DNA of 64,000 nt from positions 896,001 to 960,000 of the forward strand of contig OZ243927.1 of NCBI GenBank assembly GCA_965213925.1, written 5' to 3'. Origin of the DNA: Trueperaceae bacterium. GTDB lineage: Bacteria > Deinococcota > Deinococci > Deinococcales > Trueperaceae. Numbering within the stretch: the stretch's first letter is position 1; every line of letters begins with the position of its first letter. The notes beneath the pieces are model-generated. The model saw only the letters and a list, made by a program, of their open reading frames with translations. It searched no databases and was not told where the DNA came from. Shown here piece after piece: positions 48,466 through 58,051 of the stretch. The position numbers and the translations under genes were made by a program.

Positions 48466-49895
48466 GCTAGACCTTCTGTAGCGAGTTCCACCGCCCGCAC
48501 GAGCGCCGCCAATTTATTTACCGACTCCTGATATTCAAACTCGGGGTCGGAATCCGCGACGATGCCGCCGCCCGCTTGCAAGTGAAGTTTGCCGTTCGCA
48601 ATCACCGCCGTTCGCAGCGTCAGCGCCATGTCCATCGCACCGGAAACGCTCAAGTAGCCGAACGCGCCCGCGTAGGGTCCGCGCCTGACAGGTTCTAACT
48701 CGTCGATAATCTCCATCGCCCGAATCTTAGGCGCACCCGACGCCGTGCCCATCGGTAGCGTACTCGCGAGTGCGTCTAGCGGCGTCTTTCCTTCTGCAAG
48801 TAACCCTGTCACCTCCGAAACGATGTGCATCACGTGGCTATAACGTTCAATCCGCATGAGGTCAGTGACCTGAACGCTGCCGAACTCACACACGCGTCCT
48901 AAATCGTTGCGCCCTAAATCCACGAGCATGATGTGTTCGGCGCGTTCCTTTTCGTCGGCGAGGAGTTCGGCGGCTAAAGCGGCATCCTCTGCGGCATCGT
49001 TGCCGCGTTTTCTCGTACCTGCAATCGGCAGTGTGTCTACGCGCCTGCCGTCGCTGCGCACTAGGCTCTCGGGGCTGCTCGAGACCAGCGTCACCGGACC
49101 CAAATCGAGATAGCCAAGATACGGACTCGGGTTGACCGTCCTCAAAGCGCGGTAGAGCGCGAAAGGATGAACGCCTAAGTCTGAGGTGAGACGCTGACTC
49201 GGCACAACTTGGAAGATGTCGCCTGCGCGGATGTATTCAACCGCTTTGGAAACAGCGGCTTTGAAACCCTCTTGCGTGAAGTTGCTCTTAAACTCTGTTC
49301 GTATGCCTGCTCTGTCCCCCGGCACACCCGGTAGCGGTCCGCGCAACCTTGTGTAGAGGCGGTCAACCAAAGCCCTTGCCCGCACCTCATCCGCTTCATC
49401 CTCCACCTCCGTAGGCGCGACGATGAAGATACGCCGCTTGAGGTGGTCGAAGATGATGAGCGCTTCGGGCTCAATGAACAAGAGGTCGGGGATGTTCAGT
49501 TCGTCGGGGTTATTGTCCGGGAGCGTTTCGTAGCGCCGAATGAGGTCGTAGCTCGCGTAGCCGACTGCGCCCGCCCAGAAGTCGGGCAGGTTAGGGTCGG
49601 GCACGGCGTCTTTAACCGTCAAATCCCAGAGGACGCGCAAGGGGTCATCCGATGAAAACGTCTCTGCGCCCTGCGCCGTGGTGACGGTAAGATGTTCGCC
49701 CCTCGCCTCAATCCTGCGCCTTTCGCCCGTGCCAATAAACGAATACCGCGCGACGCGCTCGCCCTGCTCGACACTTTCTAATAAAAACGATGGATGCCCC
49801 GCTACCTTGAGATAAGCGGTTAAGGGCGTTTCCAAATCGGCTAAAACTTCTCTGTAGATAGGTTTTACGTTTGTGCGGACGTCGGCAAGTGTCAC
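48462..49895 (-). CDS. trpE: anthranilate synthase component I
   Basis: LLES, GDIFQVV, NPSPY, PIAGTR, EH.MLVDLGRND, SGAPK. Confidence 0.96.
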   Translation of the reverse strand: MTLADVRTNVKPIYREVLADLETPLTAYLKVAGHPSFLLESVEQGERVARYSFIGTGERRRIEARGEHLTVTTAQGAETFSSDDPLRVLWDLTVKDAVPDPNLPDFWAGAVGYASYDLIRRYETLPDNNPDELNIPDLLFIEPEALIIFDHLKRRIFIVAPTEVEDEADEVRARALVDRLYTRLRGPLPGVPGDRAGIRTEFKSNFTQEGFKAAVSKAVEYIRAGDIFQVVPSQRLTSDLGVHPFALYRALRTVNPSPYLGYLDLGPVTLVSSSPESLVRSDGRRVDTLPIAGTRKRGNDAAEDAALAAELLADEKERAEHIMLVDLGRNDLGRVCEFGSVQVTDLMRIERYSHVMHIVSEVTGLLAEGKTPLDALASTLPMGTASGAPKIRAMEIIDELEPVRRGPYAGAFGYLSVSGAMDMALTLRTAVIANGKLHLQAGGGIVADSDPEFEYQESVNKLAALVRAVELATEGLA

Positions 49896-50049
49896 AGTTG
49901 TTCCTCGTTATTCCTGGAATAGAGCCCAAACTTTGTCCAAATGGACGAAATCTAAAGGTGTCCCAAATTGTGCGTTTATAGTGAAGTTCGTTTTGCGTTC
50001 CCAAAGCATGTTTTAGAGAACAAGACACAATTTGTGGTACACCGTCAAT

Positions 50050-50100
50050 CTAACAGCGACGCCATCGCCTATGCTCGAGCTGCCAGGAAAGCGAGTACAT
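50050..50100 (-). promoter_or_regulatory. candidate leaderless trp leader peptide MYSLSWQLEHRRWRRC
   Basis: ATG 6 nt after TATACT; 16 codons with two TGG; ends about 155 bp upstream of trpE. Confidence 0.5.
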
Positions 50101-50145
50101 AAGGAAAGTATACCTCTTCGAAAGCCTAAAAGGTATATGTGAATT

Positions 50146-51129
50146 TTAGCGAGCCCAAGCCAACTCGCTGATAACCGGATAGTGATCCGAGTCGAAACGT
50201 TTTCCTCTCAAACTTTTGACAGCAATGAGCGCGGGCGAATGCCATATGTAATCGATGCGTAGAAAGGGGAGGCTGGTGTGCCAACTGAACCCGAAGCCTC
50301 GAGCGCTTTCACGGTAGCTGTCTTGCATCACGGCGGCGAGTTCGCTGTAGACGGGCGAGTACTCGCTCAAGTTGAAGTCCCCTGCGACGATGTGGGGGAG
50401 AGGTTCAGCCTCGAGTTCCTCCAACAGCGTCCGAATCTGCGCGTTGCGTACCCGCTCGTCGTACCGTGCCCCGAGAAGCTGCCCTAGCGTACTCTCTACC
50501 GGGCGTAAGTTTAGAGGGAGCAAGAGGTGAATGTTGTACACGGCGAGTTCGCGTCCGTCTACTTCTACCACTAGCCGCTGAGCCTCCCAACCTCCGCCTA
50601 ATGAAATATTGCGTTCAGCCAGAACGGGATATTTAGATAGGACTGCGTTACCCCGCCGTTCGCCGCCATAAACGAGGCTGTAGTGCTCTGTTATCTCCAA
50701 CTCTTGAAGCTCGCTCAGACTTGGCGTCTCCTGGACGAGTACGAGGTCTGTACCGTATGTGTTGACTGCATCCTCTAAAGCTGCAGGGTTGACGATCGTG
50801 TTAAAGGTCATGACCGAAATACCAGCGGAGATGTTTGCGCTAGGAGAATTGTGAGTGAAGAGAGGTGCAAACAGCCACAGCGCCAGCGCAGTGACGAGCA
50901 CAGACCCCAACATCAACCTCTTACGTCTGACGACAAACCCAAAAACGCCGATGGGCAGCGCCGCTAGGTAGAGCACAGGCAGCACGGTGAGTAAAAGCCC
51001 CGGTATTGCCCACCAGCCGTAAGCGTCGCTAAAAGGTTGTATGAGGGTGATGACGCTGAGGATGGCTAAAGCGAAGAGGTACGAGCAGAGGAAACTGAGG
51101 AGGGGCTCGAGGCGAGACCAGAACTTCAT
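50146..51129 (-). CDS. endonuclease/exonuclease/phosphatase family membrane protein
   Basis: N-terminal TMs; MTFN, LVQE, AGDFN, RIDYI, SDH. Confidence 0.9.
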   Translation of the reverse strand: MKFWSRLEPLLSFLCSYLFALAILSVITLIQPFSDAYGWWAIPGLLLTVLPVLYLAALPIGVFGFVVRRKRLMLGSVLVTALALWLFAPLFTHNSPSANISAGISVMTFNTIVNPAALEDAVNTYGTDLVLVQETPSLSELQELEITEHYSLVYGGERRGNAVLSKYPVLAERNISLGGGWEAQRLVVEVDGRELAVYNIHLLLPLNLRPVESTLGQLLGARYDERVRNAQIRTLLEELEAEPLPHIVAGDFNLSEYSPVYSELAAVMQDSYRESARGFGFSWHTSLPFLRIDYIWHSPALIAVKSLRGKRFDSDHYPVISELAWAR

Positions 51130-51379
51130 ATAAAGATCAGGTTACCCATTTTGCATCTTTTAAGCGCGTAGTTTTATTACGCGCACGGTGTTACGGCGCG
51201 ACGTTCGTACGGGTGACCTATCGACTAGCTGAGCATGAGGAGACTATCGCGTCGCTGATTGTAGCGTTGGTTCGGAGGCAGGCACATAGAGAGCGGATGA
51301 ATAGAGGGGAATTTGGTTGCGTATAACCCCTGTGTGCATTCGTTATCACATACACGCACGTGAACACCCTGCCTTTGTT

Positions 51380-52264
51380 TCAGTAATCAACGGCTGAAGT
51401 GTACCGGGGGTCGTCGTGCAGAGACCAGTAAGCGTCTTGCAGTTTCTGAGTGATCGGACCTATTGACCCGGTACCGATGATTTGGTCGTCAATCTTGGTG
51501 ATTGGCATGATGCCACCAGCCGTACTTGTCGCAAACACCTCATCGGCGGCGCGCGCGTGTTCAGGGGCTAGGTCAGCCTGGACAACCTTGTACCCATGTT
51601 CCATTGCCAACGCTACCGCTGTTTTGCGGGTAATGCCCTCGAGCACACCGCTTGCTGGTGTTGTAATGACGGAATTTTTAACGGCGAAGATGTTGAAGCC
51701 AGTCCCTTCCTTGATATTGCCCCCAGCGTCGACCACTGCCGCTGTTTCCCCGCCGCGGTCGTAAGCCTCAAACTGCCCCATGACCAAGTCGAGCCAGTGA
51801 TAGTTTTTGACGACGGGATCAACGGACTCGGGCGGTATCCGCTGCTTGCGGCTCACGATCAGATGAAGCCCTCCTTGTGGCTCCGTTATCCAGACGAAGG
51901 GAATGGCGAAGGCGAAAAATTGGTTCGTGCAGGTTCTCGGGTCGCGCGATCCGGGTTCAGGTTGACCCCTGGTCGTGATCATCTCGACATAAGCCTTACG
52001 CAGCCCGGTCGCCCTAACGCAATCACTCAAAATCGAAGATAACGCCTCGCGCGAGTAGGGAATGGACAGACGCAACTTAGCCATGCCGGAAGAGAAGCGC
52101 TCCAAGTGATCGTCAAGCCGAAAGAATTTGCCGTTCCACACGTGCACAACGTCGTACGTCGCGTCAGAATGGAGAAAGCCCCAATCGAGTATCGAAATCT
52201 TCGCTTCGGAAATCGGCACAATCTCTCCGCCGATATAGGCAGCGCCTTTCGAGAAGTCGGTCAT
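51380..52264 (-). CDS. class IV aminotransferase ((R)-selective amine transaminase-like)
   Basis: D.GF.HSDATYDV, KNYHW.D, EG.GFN, L.GITR, STAGG. Confidence 0.9.
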   Translation of the reverse strand: MTDFSKGAAYIGGEIVPISEAKISILDWGFLHSDATYDVVHVWNGKFFRLDDHLERFSSGMAKLRLSIPYSREALSSILSDCVRATGLRKAYVEMITTRGQPEPGSRDPRTCTNQFFAFAIPFVWITEPQGGLHLIVSRKQRIPPESVDPVVKNYHWLDLVMGQFEAYDRGGETAAVVDAGGNIKEGTGFNIFAVKNSVITTPASGVLEGITRKTAVALAMEHGYKVVQADLAPEHARAADEVFATSTAGGIMPITKIDDQIIGTGSIGPITQKLQDAYWSLHDDPRYTSAVDY

Positions 52265-52313
52265 CCTTGTTTTCTACCATTTGTAGGGAGCGGATAGATA
52301 AGGGGAAAGCTCG

Positions 52314-52508
52314 TTACGGCGTAGTATCGAAATCGTCAGCCATCTTAAACCAACCCTTACCGCTTCTAACCAGTCCACGTGTCTTACTAGAAAGCTGTTG
52401 CGTAGGCACGATTTTTATTGCGGCACCATCTTCACCTACAATTACGACCTCTTTACCCTAGGCAGCCTCAGCGAAGCGCTTTTCCGCCTCTTTGAGCGGG
52501 ATGTTCAT
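52314..52508 (-). pseudogene. Phd/DUF2281-like antitoxin pseudogene
   Basis: MNIPLKEAEKRFAEAA*GKEVVI...RGLVRSGKGWFKMADDFDTTP; in-frame TAG at 52458-52460; TATACT 6 nt before ATG. Confidence 0.6.
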
Positions 52509-52580
52509 GAGAGAAGTATACCTCTTCTACAGGTGAACCTCTAACGGCTATAGCTCAGGAGCGCTAAATACTCGAGAAAG

Positions 52581-53537
52581 TTAGTTTGACAGTTTCCACT
52601 CGAAACCGGTTTCTTTTTCTGATCGGTCCCACAGCTTTGTCATGACGGCCTTGTCGTGGGCGTAGGGTTCCAGCGTGCCCTTACCGACCGGACCGACCAT
52701 TTCCATGCGACCGGTGGGGCCGTAAAAGGCTCGCTGTTCCAAAACTCCTTCGGTTGCGCACATGACTTCTGGATAGGCGCCTTTCTCGGCGGTCTGAACC
52801 ATTGGCGACTTGGTCATGAGCCACCACATAATCCGTGTTCCGAGACCACCGCTGGTGCTGATCAACGAGGTCGCGGACGAGCCGGGATGGCAAACGTAGA
52901 CTTTGACATTCTTATTTGCTTCTTTGACCTTATCTTGCAGTTCATATGCAAACATCATCTGAGCCAGCTTACTTTGGCTGTAAGCGGGATTGGCCCGATA
53001 ATTCTTGTCCCAGTTCATGTCGTCGAACTGGATCGTCCTCAGCCCCATCTTATAGCCAAGACTTGCAACAACCACGATGCGGCCCTCGGATTCTTCAATG
53101 CGGTCGAAGAGCATTCCACATAGAATGAAGTGACCGTAATGGTTGGTGCCAAGCTGGCTTTCAAAACCATCAACGGTGAACTTCTGTGTGGGCACCTGTG
53201 CGATGGCCGCGTTGCAGATGAGCGCGTCGATGTGGGGGACTTTCTCCAAAACCTCTACTGCCGCTTCCCGCACAGAATCTAGCACCGCTAAGTCCATACG
53301 CACGAAAGTCACGTCAGCGTCACTGCCAAATTCCTCTTTTAGGGTCGCGATGGCGGCGCTAGACTTTTCGGCGTTGCGGTTCATCATCACCACTTTTGCG
53401 CCTTTGAACAGGAGTATCCGCGTTGCCTCAAATCCTGCACCCGCGTTAGCGCCAGTGATGACATAGGTTTTGCCTGCAAGGGAGCCGAGACGCTCCGGTG
53501 TCCAGCCCCTATGTCCAAATGTTTTTTGCGTAGTCAT
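52581..53537 (-). CDS. SDR family oxidoreductase
   Basis: TGANAGAG, CNAA, YSQSK, HPG. Confidence 0.92.
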   Translation of the reverse strand: MTTQKTFGHRGWTPERLGSLAGKTYVITGANAGAGFEATRILLFKGAKVVMMNRNAEKSSAAIATLKEEFGSDADVTFVRMDLAVLDSVREAAVEVLEKVPHIDALICNAAIAQVPTQKFTVDGFESQLGTNHYGHFILCGMLFDRIEESEGRIVVVASLGYKMGLRTIQFDDMNWDKNYRANPAYSQSKLAQMMFAYELQDKVKEANKNVKVYVCHPGSSATSLISTSGGLGTRIMWWLMTKSPMVQTAEKGAYPEVMCATEGVLEQRAFYGPTGRMEMVGPVGKGTLEPYAHDKAVMTKLWDRSEKETGFEWKLSN

Positions 53538-53627
53538 TGTTCAAACTCCTTGTTTTATGTGAGATGGTTTTTGTTTGTACGAAAGATGGTCTTGCCTGAA
53601 ACAATATGCACCCTTCTTAGTTTAGAC

Positions 53628-53647
53628 GTGAGTAAATGTTTACTTAC
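53628..53647. promoter_or_regulatory. probable TetR operator upstream of the SDR gene
   Basis: Palindrome AGTAAA-TG-TTTACT; second copy at 54244-54257. Confidence 0.65.
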
Positions 53648-53663
53648 AATGGTCTAAGAAGAA

Positions 53664-54242
53664 TTATTGAAATCCTTGCCAAAAAATATTGAGTACCTCC
53701 CTTAGATCAGCTTTTTCGATACCCTGCAATTTTTGAAACGATTCGCGAACCAATTGGCTGAGTGAACCGTAAACTGCAGCGATGATGATGTCATTGTGAA
53801 TGTCTTGGCGGATGAGCTTGTTTGCTTTTGCTTCATCGAGAAGATTCGTGAGTAGGTTGAACGTCTGCTCGAGCGCACCGGCTTCATTCTCTTTTTTGAT
53901 TGAGGCAGCGCGGTTCAAGGTTTCAAATAGGACAAGACGTTCAGGCTGCTTCAAAAAAGAACCAAACAAATCCTCAAGAAACCCCGTGAAGCGCTTCTCG
54001 GCGGTGCCTTCCTGCTGGCTGAAGCGCTTGGCATAGTCTTCTATCTCCCTGGCGATACCAAGATAAACCTCAGCTAAGAGGTCGTCTTTGTTATCAAAGT
54101 GGCGATAGAGTGCTCCGTCGGTCAAGCCTGCACGTTTGGCAATCTTACTGATGCGAGCAGCATCCAGACCTTCTTCAACGATGAGATCAGCGGCAGCATC
54201 TAAGATTTTTTGACGTGTATCCATGTCACCCTTCAAAGACAT
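53664..54242 (-). CDS. TetR/AcrR family regulator
   Basis: ILDAA..EEG...IAKRAGLT.GALYRHF.NK. Confidence 0.92.
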   Translation of the reverse strand: MSLKGDMDTRQKILDAAADLIVEEGLDAARISKIAKRAGLTDGALYRHFDNKDDLLAEVYLGIAREIEDYAKRFSQQEGTAEKRFTGFLEDLFGSFLKQPERLVLFETLNRAASIKKENEAGALEQTFNLLTNLLDEAKANKLIRQDIHNDIIIAAVYGSLSQLVRESFQKLQGIEKADLREVLNIFWQGFQ

Positions 54243-54260
54243 AAGTAAACATTTACTTAC
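54241..54260. promoter_or_regulatory. probable TetR auto-operator at the tetR start
   Basis: AGTAAA-CA-TTTACT directly upstream of ATG 54242. Confidence 0.65.
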
Positions 54261-54562
54261 TGATATAGATTACACTCGATACTCAATTTTGTCAAGCCTC
54301 AGTGAGGATGGAGCGGATCATGTCAATTTGTGTGCTCGAGCTGCGAAAACTCACCGCCCGCAAGCGCTTCTTTGCCCACATAACTATAATTATCCCGCAG
54401 AGTGCAGGATAGCATCCTTAATAAGCATTTTATCGCAGCACGAAAATAAAAAGTATGATGACGATGAAATATACATAGGTGTTTGCTCAAAAGAAACTCC
54501 CTTTCCCGGTACACCTTCCGAAAGCAAACCGAAAATGTCAGTCTCAGGACGCAACAAGAACA

Positions 54563-55357
54563 TCAATCTGCTGCGTCCAAAAACATCCCCATCGCATGAT
54601 AGCCAGCGTCCACATAAATCGTCTCGCCCGTAATCCCACTTCCCAAATCATCCGCCACGAGCGACAGCGCCAACCCCGCCACCTCATCTTGGGTAATGTT
54701 GCGCTTCAACATCGAGAGCTTGCCCGCCACCGAATACATATCCCCGAAACCCGAAATACTCCGCGCTGCCACGGTGCGAAGGGGTCCCGCGCTAATCGCG
54801 TTGACGCGGACGCCTTGTTCACCAAGGTCGTAGGCAAGAAAGCGGACGCTGGCTTCTAACGCCGCCTTCGCTACCCCCATCATATTGTAGTGCGGCACGA
54901 CGCGCTCGGCTGCAAGGTAGGTCATCGCGAGGATGCTGCCGCCGTCTGTCATAAGAGGTTGGGCGCGTTTTGCCATCGCCACAAGTGAGTACGCCGACAC
55001 GTCCATCGCCGTCGTCCAGGCTTCGCGGCTCACCTCATAAAAAGGCTTTTCAAACGTTTCAGGGGGCGCGAAGGCAACCGAGTGGATGATGAAGTCGAGC
55101 GTGCCGAACTCGTCTTTGACGGCGGCAAAGACTCTGTCTAAGTCGTTGTCTTGGGTGACGTCGCACTCGAGCAACACCGTTTCATCCATTTCCGCCGTGA
55201 GCTTCTCTAAGGTACCTTTAAGCCGCTCCGCCTGATACCCAAAGGCGAGCCGCGCCCCCGCTGCTGAAAGCTTTTGCGCGATGGGCCAGCCGATAGAGCG
55301 CTGATTGGTGACGCCGAAAACGAGTCCTTTTTTGCCTGAGAGGTCGATTGTGTACAT
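54563..55357 (-). CDS. fabI: enoyl-ACP reductase
   Basis: N.RSI.W, SAYSL, YNMMGVAKAALE, ISAGP.RT. Confidence 0.95.
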   Translation of the reverse strand: MYTIDLSGKKGLVFGVTNQRSIGWPIAQKLSAAGARLAFGYQAERLKGTLEKLTAEMDETVLLECDVTQDNDLDRVFAAVKDEFGTLDFIIHSVAFAPPETFEKPFYEVSREAWTTAMDVSAYSLVAMAKRAQPLMTDGGSILAMTYLAAERVVPHYNMMGVAKAALEASVRFLAYDLGEQGVRVNAISAGPLRTVAARSISGFGDMYSVAGKLSMLKRNITQDEVAGLALSLVADDLGSGITGETIYVDAGYHAMGMFLDAAD

Positions 55358-55527
55358 GCGAATAACTTAACACGTGGACGGAAGCGTGCGTACGGCGGTG
55401 TGGCGGCGCGTAGGGCGCGTCTAGGAACAACGCGCCGTCCCTCGAGACCTTTTAGCGAGCGTCCGGGAGCGCTGTGTAGGGGCATTGTAATCTGCCCCGG
55501 CAAAACGTTCTGAATGAGAAAGGCGGG

Positions 55528-57525
55528 TTAGCTCGAGGCTGCCAACAGCTCCAGCGGTGTAATCTCTAAGCGCCGCGCTACAGCGTGCTCTTGCAGGTGG
55601 GTGATGAACGCATCCGTTCCTACGCCGTTTTGATTCGGTTCTTTGCGGCTGCGGAAGGAGAGGGCGTCGTTCTCGAGTTCTTTATCGCCGATGATGATGA
55701 TGTACGGCACTTTGTAAAGCTCCGCTTCGCGCACCTTGTACTGCATCCGCTCGCTGCTGGTATCAACTTCGGAACGTAAACCTGCCTCGAAGAAGCGAGC
55801 TTTAAGTGCGTGCGCGTACTCGTTGTGACGGTCTGCAATCGGCACGATGCGCACTTGTTCGGGCGCGAGCCACAAGGGGAAGTCGCCTGCGAAATGCTCC
55901 AACAGAAAGCCGATGAAGCGCTCATGGGTCGAAAGAGGGGCGCGGTGCAAACAGAGCGGCACCTTCTTCTCGTTGTGCTCGTCGATATAGAAGAGCCCGA
56001 GCCGCTCAGGTTGCGCGAAGTCCACCTGGTTGGTCGCTAGCGTGAACTCGCGACCGATGGCGCTCTTGATCTGCACGTCGATTTTGGGACCGTAAAACGC
56101 GGCTTCGTCCTCGACTTCGGTGAAGGGGACGTCATTTTTCGTCATCGCGTTACGCACCATGTCTTCGGTTTTGAGCCAGAGAGGTTCGTTGTCAACGTAC
56201 TTCTTACCTAAACCGTCTTTGCTGTGTTTGGAGAGGCGCATCACGTAGTCACGGATGTCGAAGAGGTTGAAGTAGTAGAGGTACATCTCGATGACGTTCA
56301 AGAACTCGCGTTCGAACTGGTCTTCGGTGCAGTAGATGTGCGCGTCGTTCATCTGCAAGCTGCGCACGCGCATGAGTCCCATCAGTGCGCCCGAGCCCTC
56401 GTACCGGTAGCAGGTGCCGTATTCGGCTAAGCGAATCGGCAAGTCGCGGTAGCTGCGCGGACGCGCGGCGAAAATCTTGTGGTGGAAGGGGCAGTTCATC
56501 GGCTTCATGAAGTAGCGGACGTTCTCCAACTCCATCGGCGGGTACATGTCCTCTTCGTAGTAGGCGAGGTGCCCGCTTTTGATGAAGAGCTGGTCTTTGG
56601 CGAGGTGCGGGCTCTTGACACGCTGGTAGCCCGCTCTCAGCTCGACCTCTTTGGCTAAGCTCTCGAGTTCCTCGATCATCACGCCGCCGCGCGGCAGCCA
56701 AAGGGGTAAACCAGGACCGACATCCTCGTCCAAGGTGTAGATATCCAGCTCCGCGCCCAACTTGCGGTGGTCGCGCTTTTTCGCCTCCTCGAGCATCCAC
56801 AGGTGCTGCTCTAGCTCGTCTTTGGTCTTAAACGCTACGCCGTAAATCCGCTGGAGCATCGGGCGCGACTCGTCGCCACGCCAGTACGCGCCTGCGACGC
56901 TCATCAGCTTAAAGTGTTGCGGGATGTCGCCCGTGCTCGGCACGTGCGGACCTCTACAGAGGTCGGTGAAGCCCGTCTCGCCGCCCTGTTCGTAAAAGGT
57001 CAGTGCTACGTCTTCGGGCAGGTCGCGGATAAGCTCGAGCTTATAGGGGTCGCCGACCTCTTCATAACGCGCGACCGCCTCCTCACGGGGTAATTCATAG
57101 CGGCGCAGCGGGAGCTTCGCCTTAACGATGTCGCGCATCCGCTTCTCGATGTCTTCTAAATCTTCCGCGCTGAGCGTTTCCGGTACGTCGAAGTCGTAGT
57201 AAAAGCCGTTCTCGATGACCGGACCGATGCCCATTTTGACGTCACTGCGGCTGTAGCCCTTCGCCGCGAAGAAGTCGATGACCGCTTGCGCCATCACGTG
57301 CGCTAGGGTGTGGCGCATCAGGCGTAAGACCTCGTCGTCGCGCTTGGTTAAGATAGTGACTTGCGCTTCGCCCGGAACTTCGCTGAAGAGGTCGCTGAGC
57401 TGTCCGTTCACCGTGCCACCTAGCGCGGCTTTCGCCAAACCAGGACCGATGGCTTCGGCAACGCTTTTTAGGGTCGAATGTTCGGGCAAGTCGAGACGCT
57501 TGCCGTCGGGTAGGGTTACGTGCAT
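55528..57525 (-). CDS. thrS: threonyl-tRNA synthetase
   Basis: TGS domain, DLCRGPH, RDHRKLG, KPMNCP, FYGPK. Confidence 0.97.
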   Translation of the reverse strand: MHVTLPDGKRLDLPEHSTLKSVAEAIGPGLAKAALGGTVNGQLSDLFSEVPGEAQVTILTKRDDEVLRLMRHTLAHVMAQAVIDFFAAKGYSRSDVKMGIGPVIENGFYYDFDVPETLSAEDLEDIEKRMRDIVKAKLPLRRYELPREEAVARYEEVGDPYKLELIRDLPEDVALTFYEQGGETGFTDLCRGPHVPSTGDIPQHFKLMSVAGAYWRGDESRPMLQRIYGVAFKTKDELEQHLWMLEEAKKRDHRKLGAELDIYTLDEDVGPGLPLWLPRGGVMIEELESLAKEVELRAGYQRVKSPHLAKDQLFIKSGHLAYYEEDMYPPMELENVRYFMKPMNCPFHHKIFAARPRSYRDLPIRLAEYGTCYRYEGSGALMGLMRVRSLQMNDAHIYCTEDQFEREFLNVIEMYLYYFNLFDIRDYVMRLSKHSKDGLGKKYVDNEPLWLKTEDMVRNAMTKNDVPFTEVEDEAAFYGPKIDVQIKSAIGREFTLATNQVDFAQPERLGLFYIDEHNEKKVPLCLHRAPLSTHERFIGFLLEHFAGDFPLWLAPEQVRIVPIADRHNEYAHALKARFFEAGLRSEVDTSSERMQYKVREAELYKVPYIIIIGDKELENDALSFRSRKEPNQNGVGTDAFITHLQEHAVARRLEITPLELLAASS

Positions 57526-58051
57526 AGAAGTACCTCGAGAAATACTAGAGTTTTTAGTCCTTTGAAAAATTGAATCAGGTGTGCAGCATTAAGAGCGCCC
57601 AAAGCGGCGCGTTCGAGTCGTTAGATAAGTAGGACTCGAGAAATAAACAAATTCAAAGTGAGGTCTTATCCTCATAACTCTAAGGTAACATAGTTAGGGT
57701 TTTTTAGAGCGTTATGCACGTCGCAAGAAATCGCGTTAATTCTTCAGGAAAAGCATTTCAGCATAGGTGAAGGCTAAAAGCCCCCTTTCGTTACGGAGTT
57801 TCCCGAAGGGACGGATGAACGACCTTTGAGCTTCGCTCTAACCTGTGTCAGCTAGTCAGCTTACGCAAGTTTTGACTTTGTCAAACCGTTCGTTTGCTTC
57901 GCGAGAGTACATAACCAGCTCGACTGGATTTCAGGTATCTAAACCTTTCCCTAACTAGCTGACTCGCTGCTCTCCCACTTCTAAAGCAAGAGCTTGTCAC
58001 TCAGCACAAACTCTTACACATCTCTCTCCAGATAGTATACACTGTACTATC

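Noticed and set aside
51160..51375. Possible integron attC-like sites (GTATAAC/GTTATAC; weak similarity to 461-530)
   Set aside because: No convincing paired R/L boxes and no integrase in the window.
4801..52460. Amber (TAG) recoding suggested by in-frame TAGs in cas5e, tniQ and the antitoxin
   Set aside because: Many intact genes here end in TAG; pseudogenisation is the simpler explanation.
57870..57950. c-di-GMP-I riboswitch-like GTCAAACC...CTAAACC; also a T-box before thrS
   Set aside because: The GNRA tetraloop/receptor and GCAAA core are missing; no T-box consensus found.
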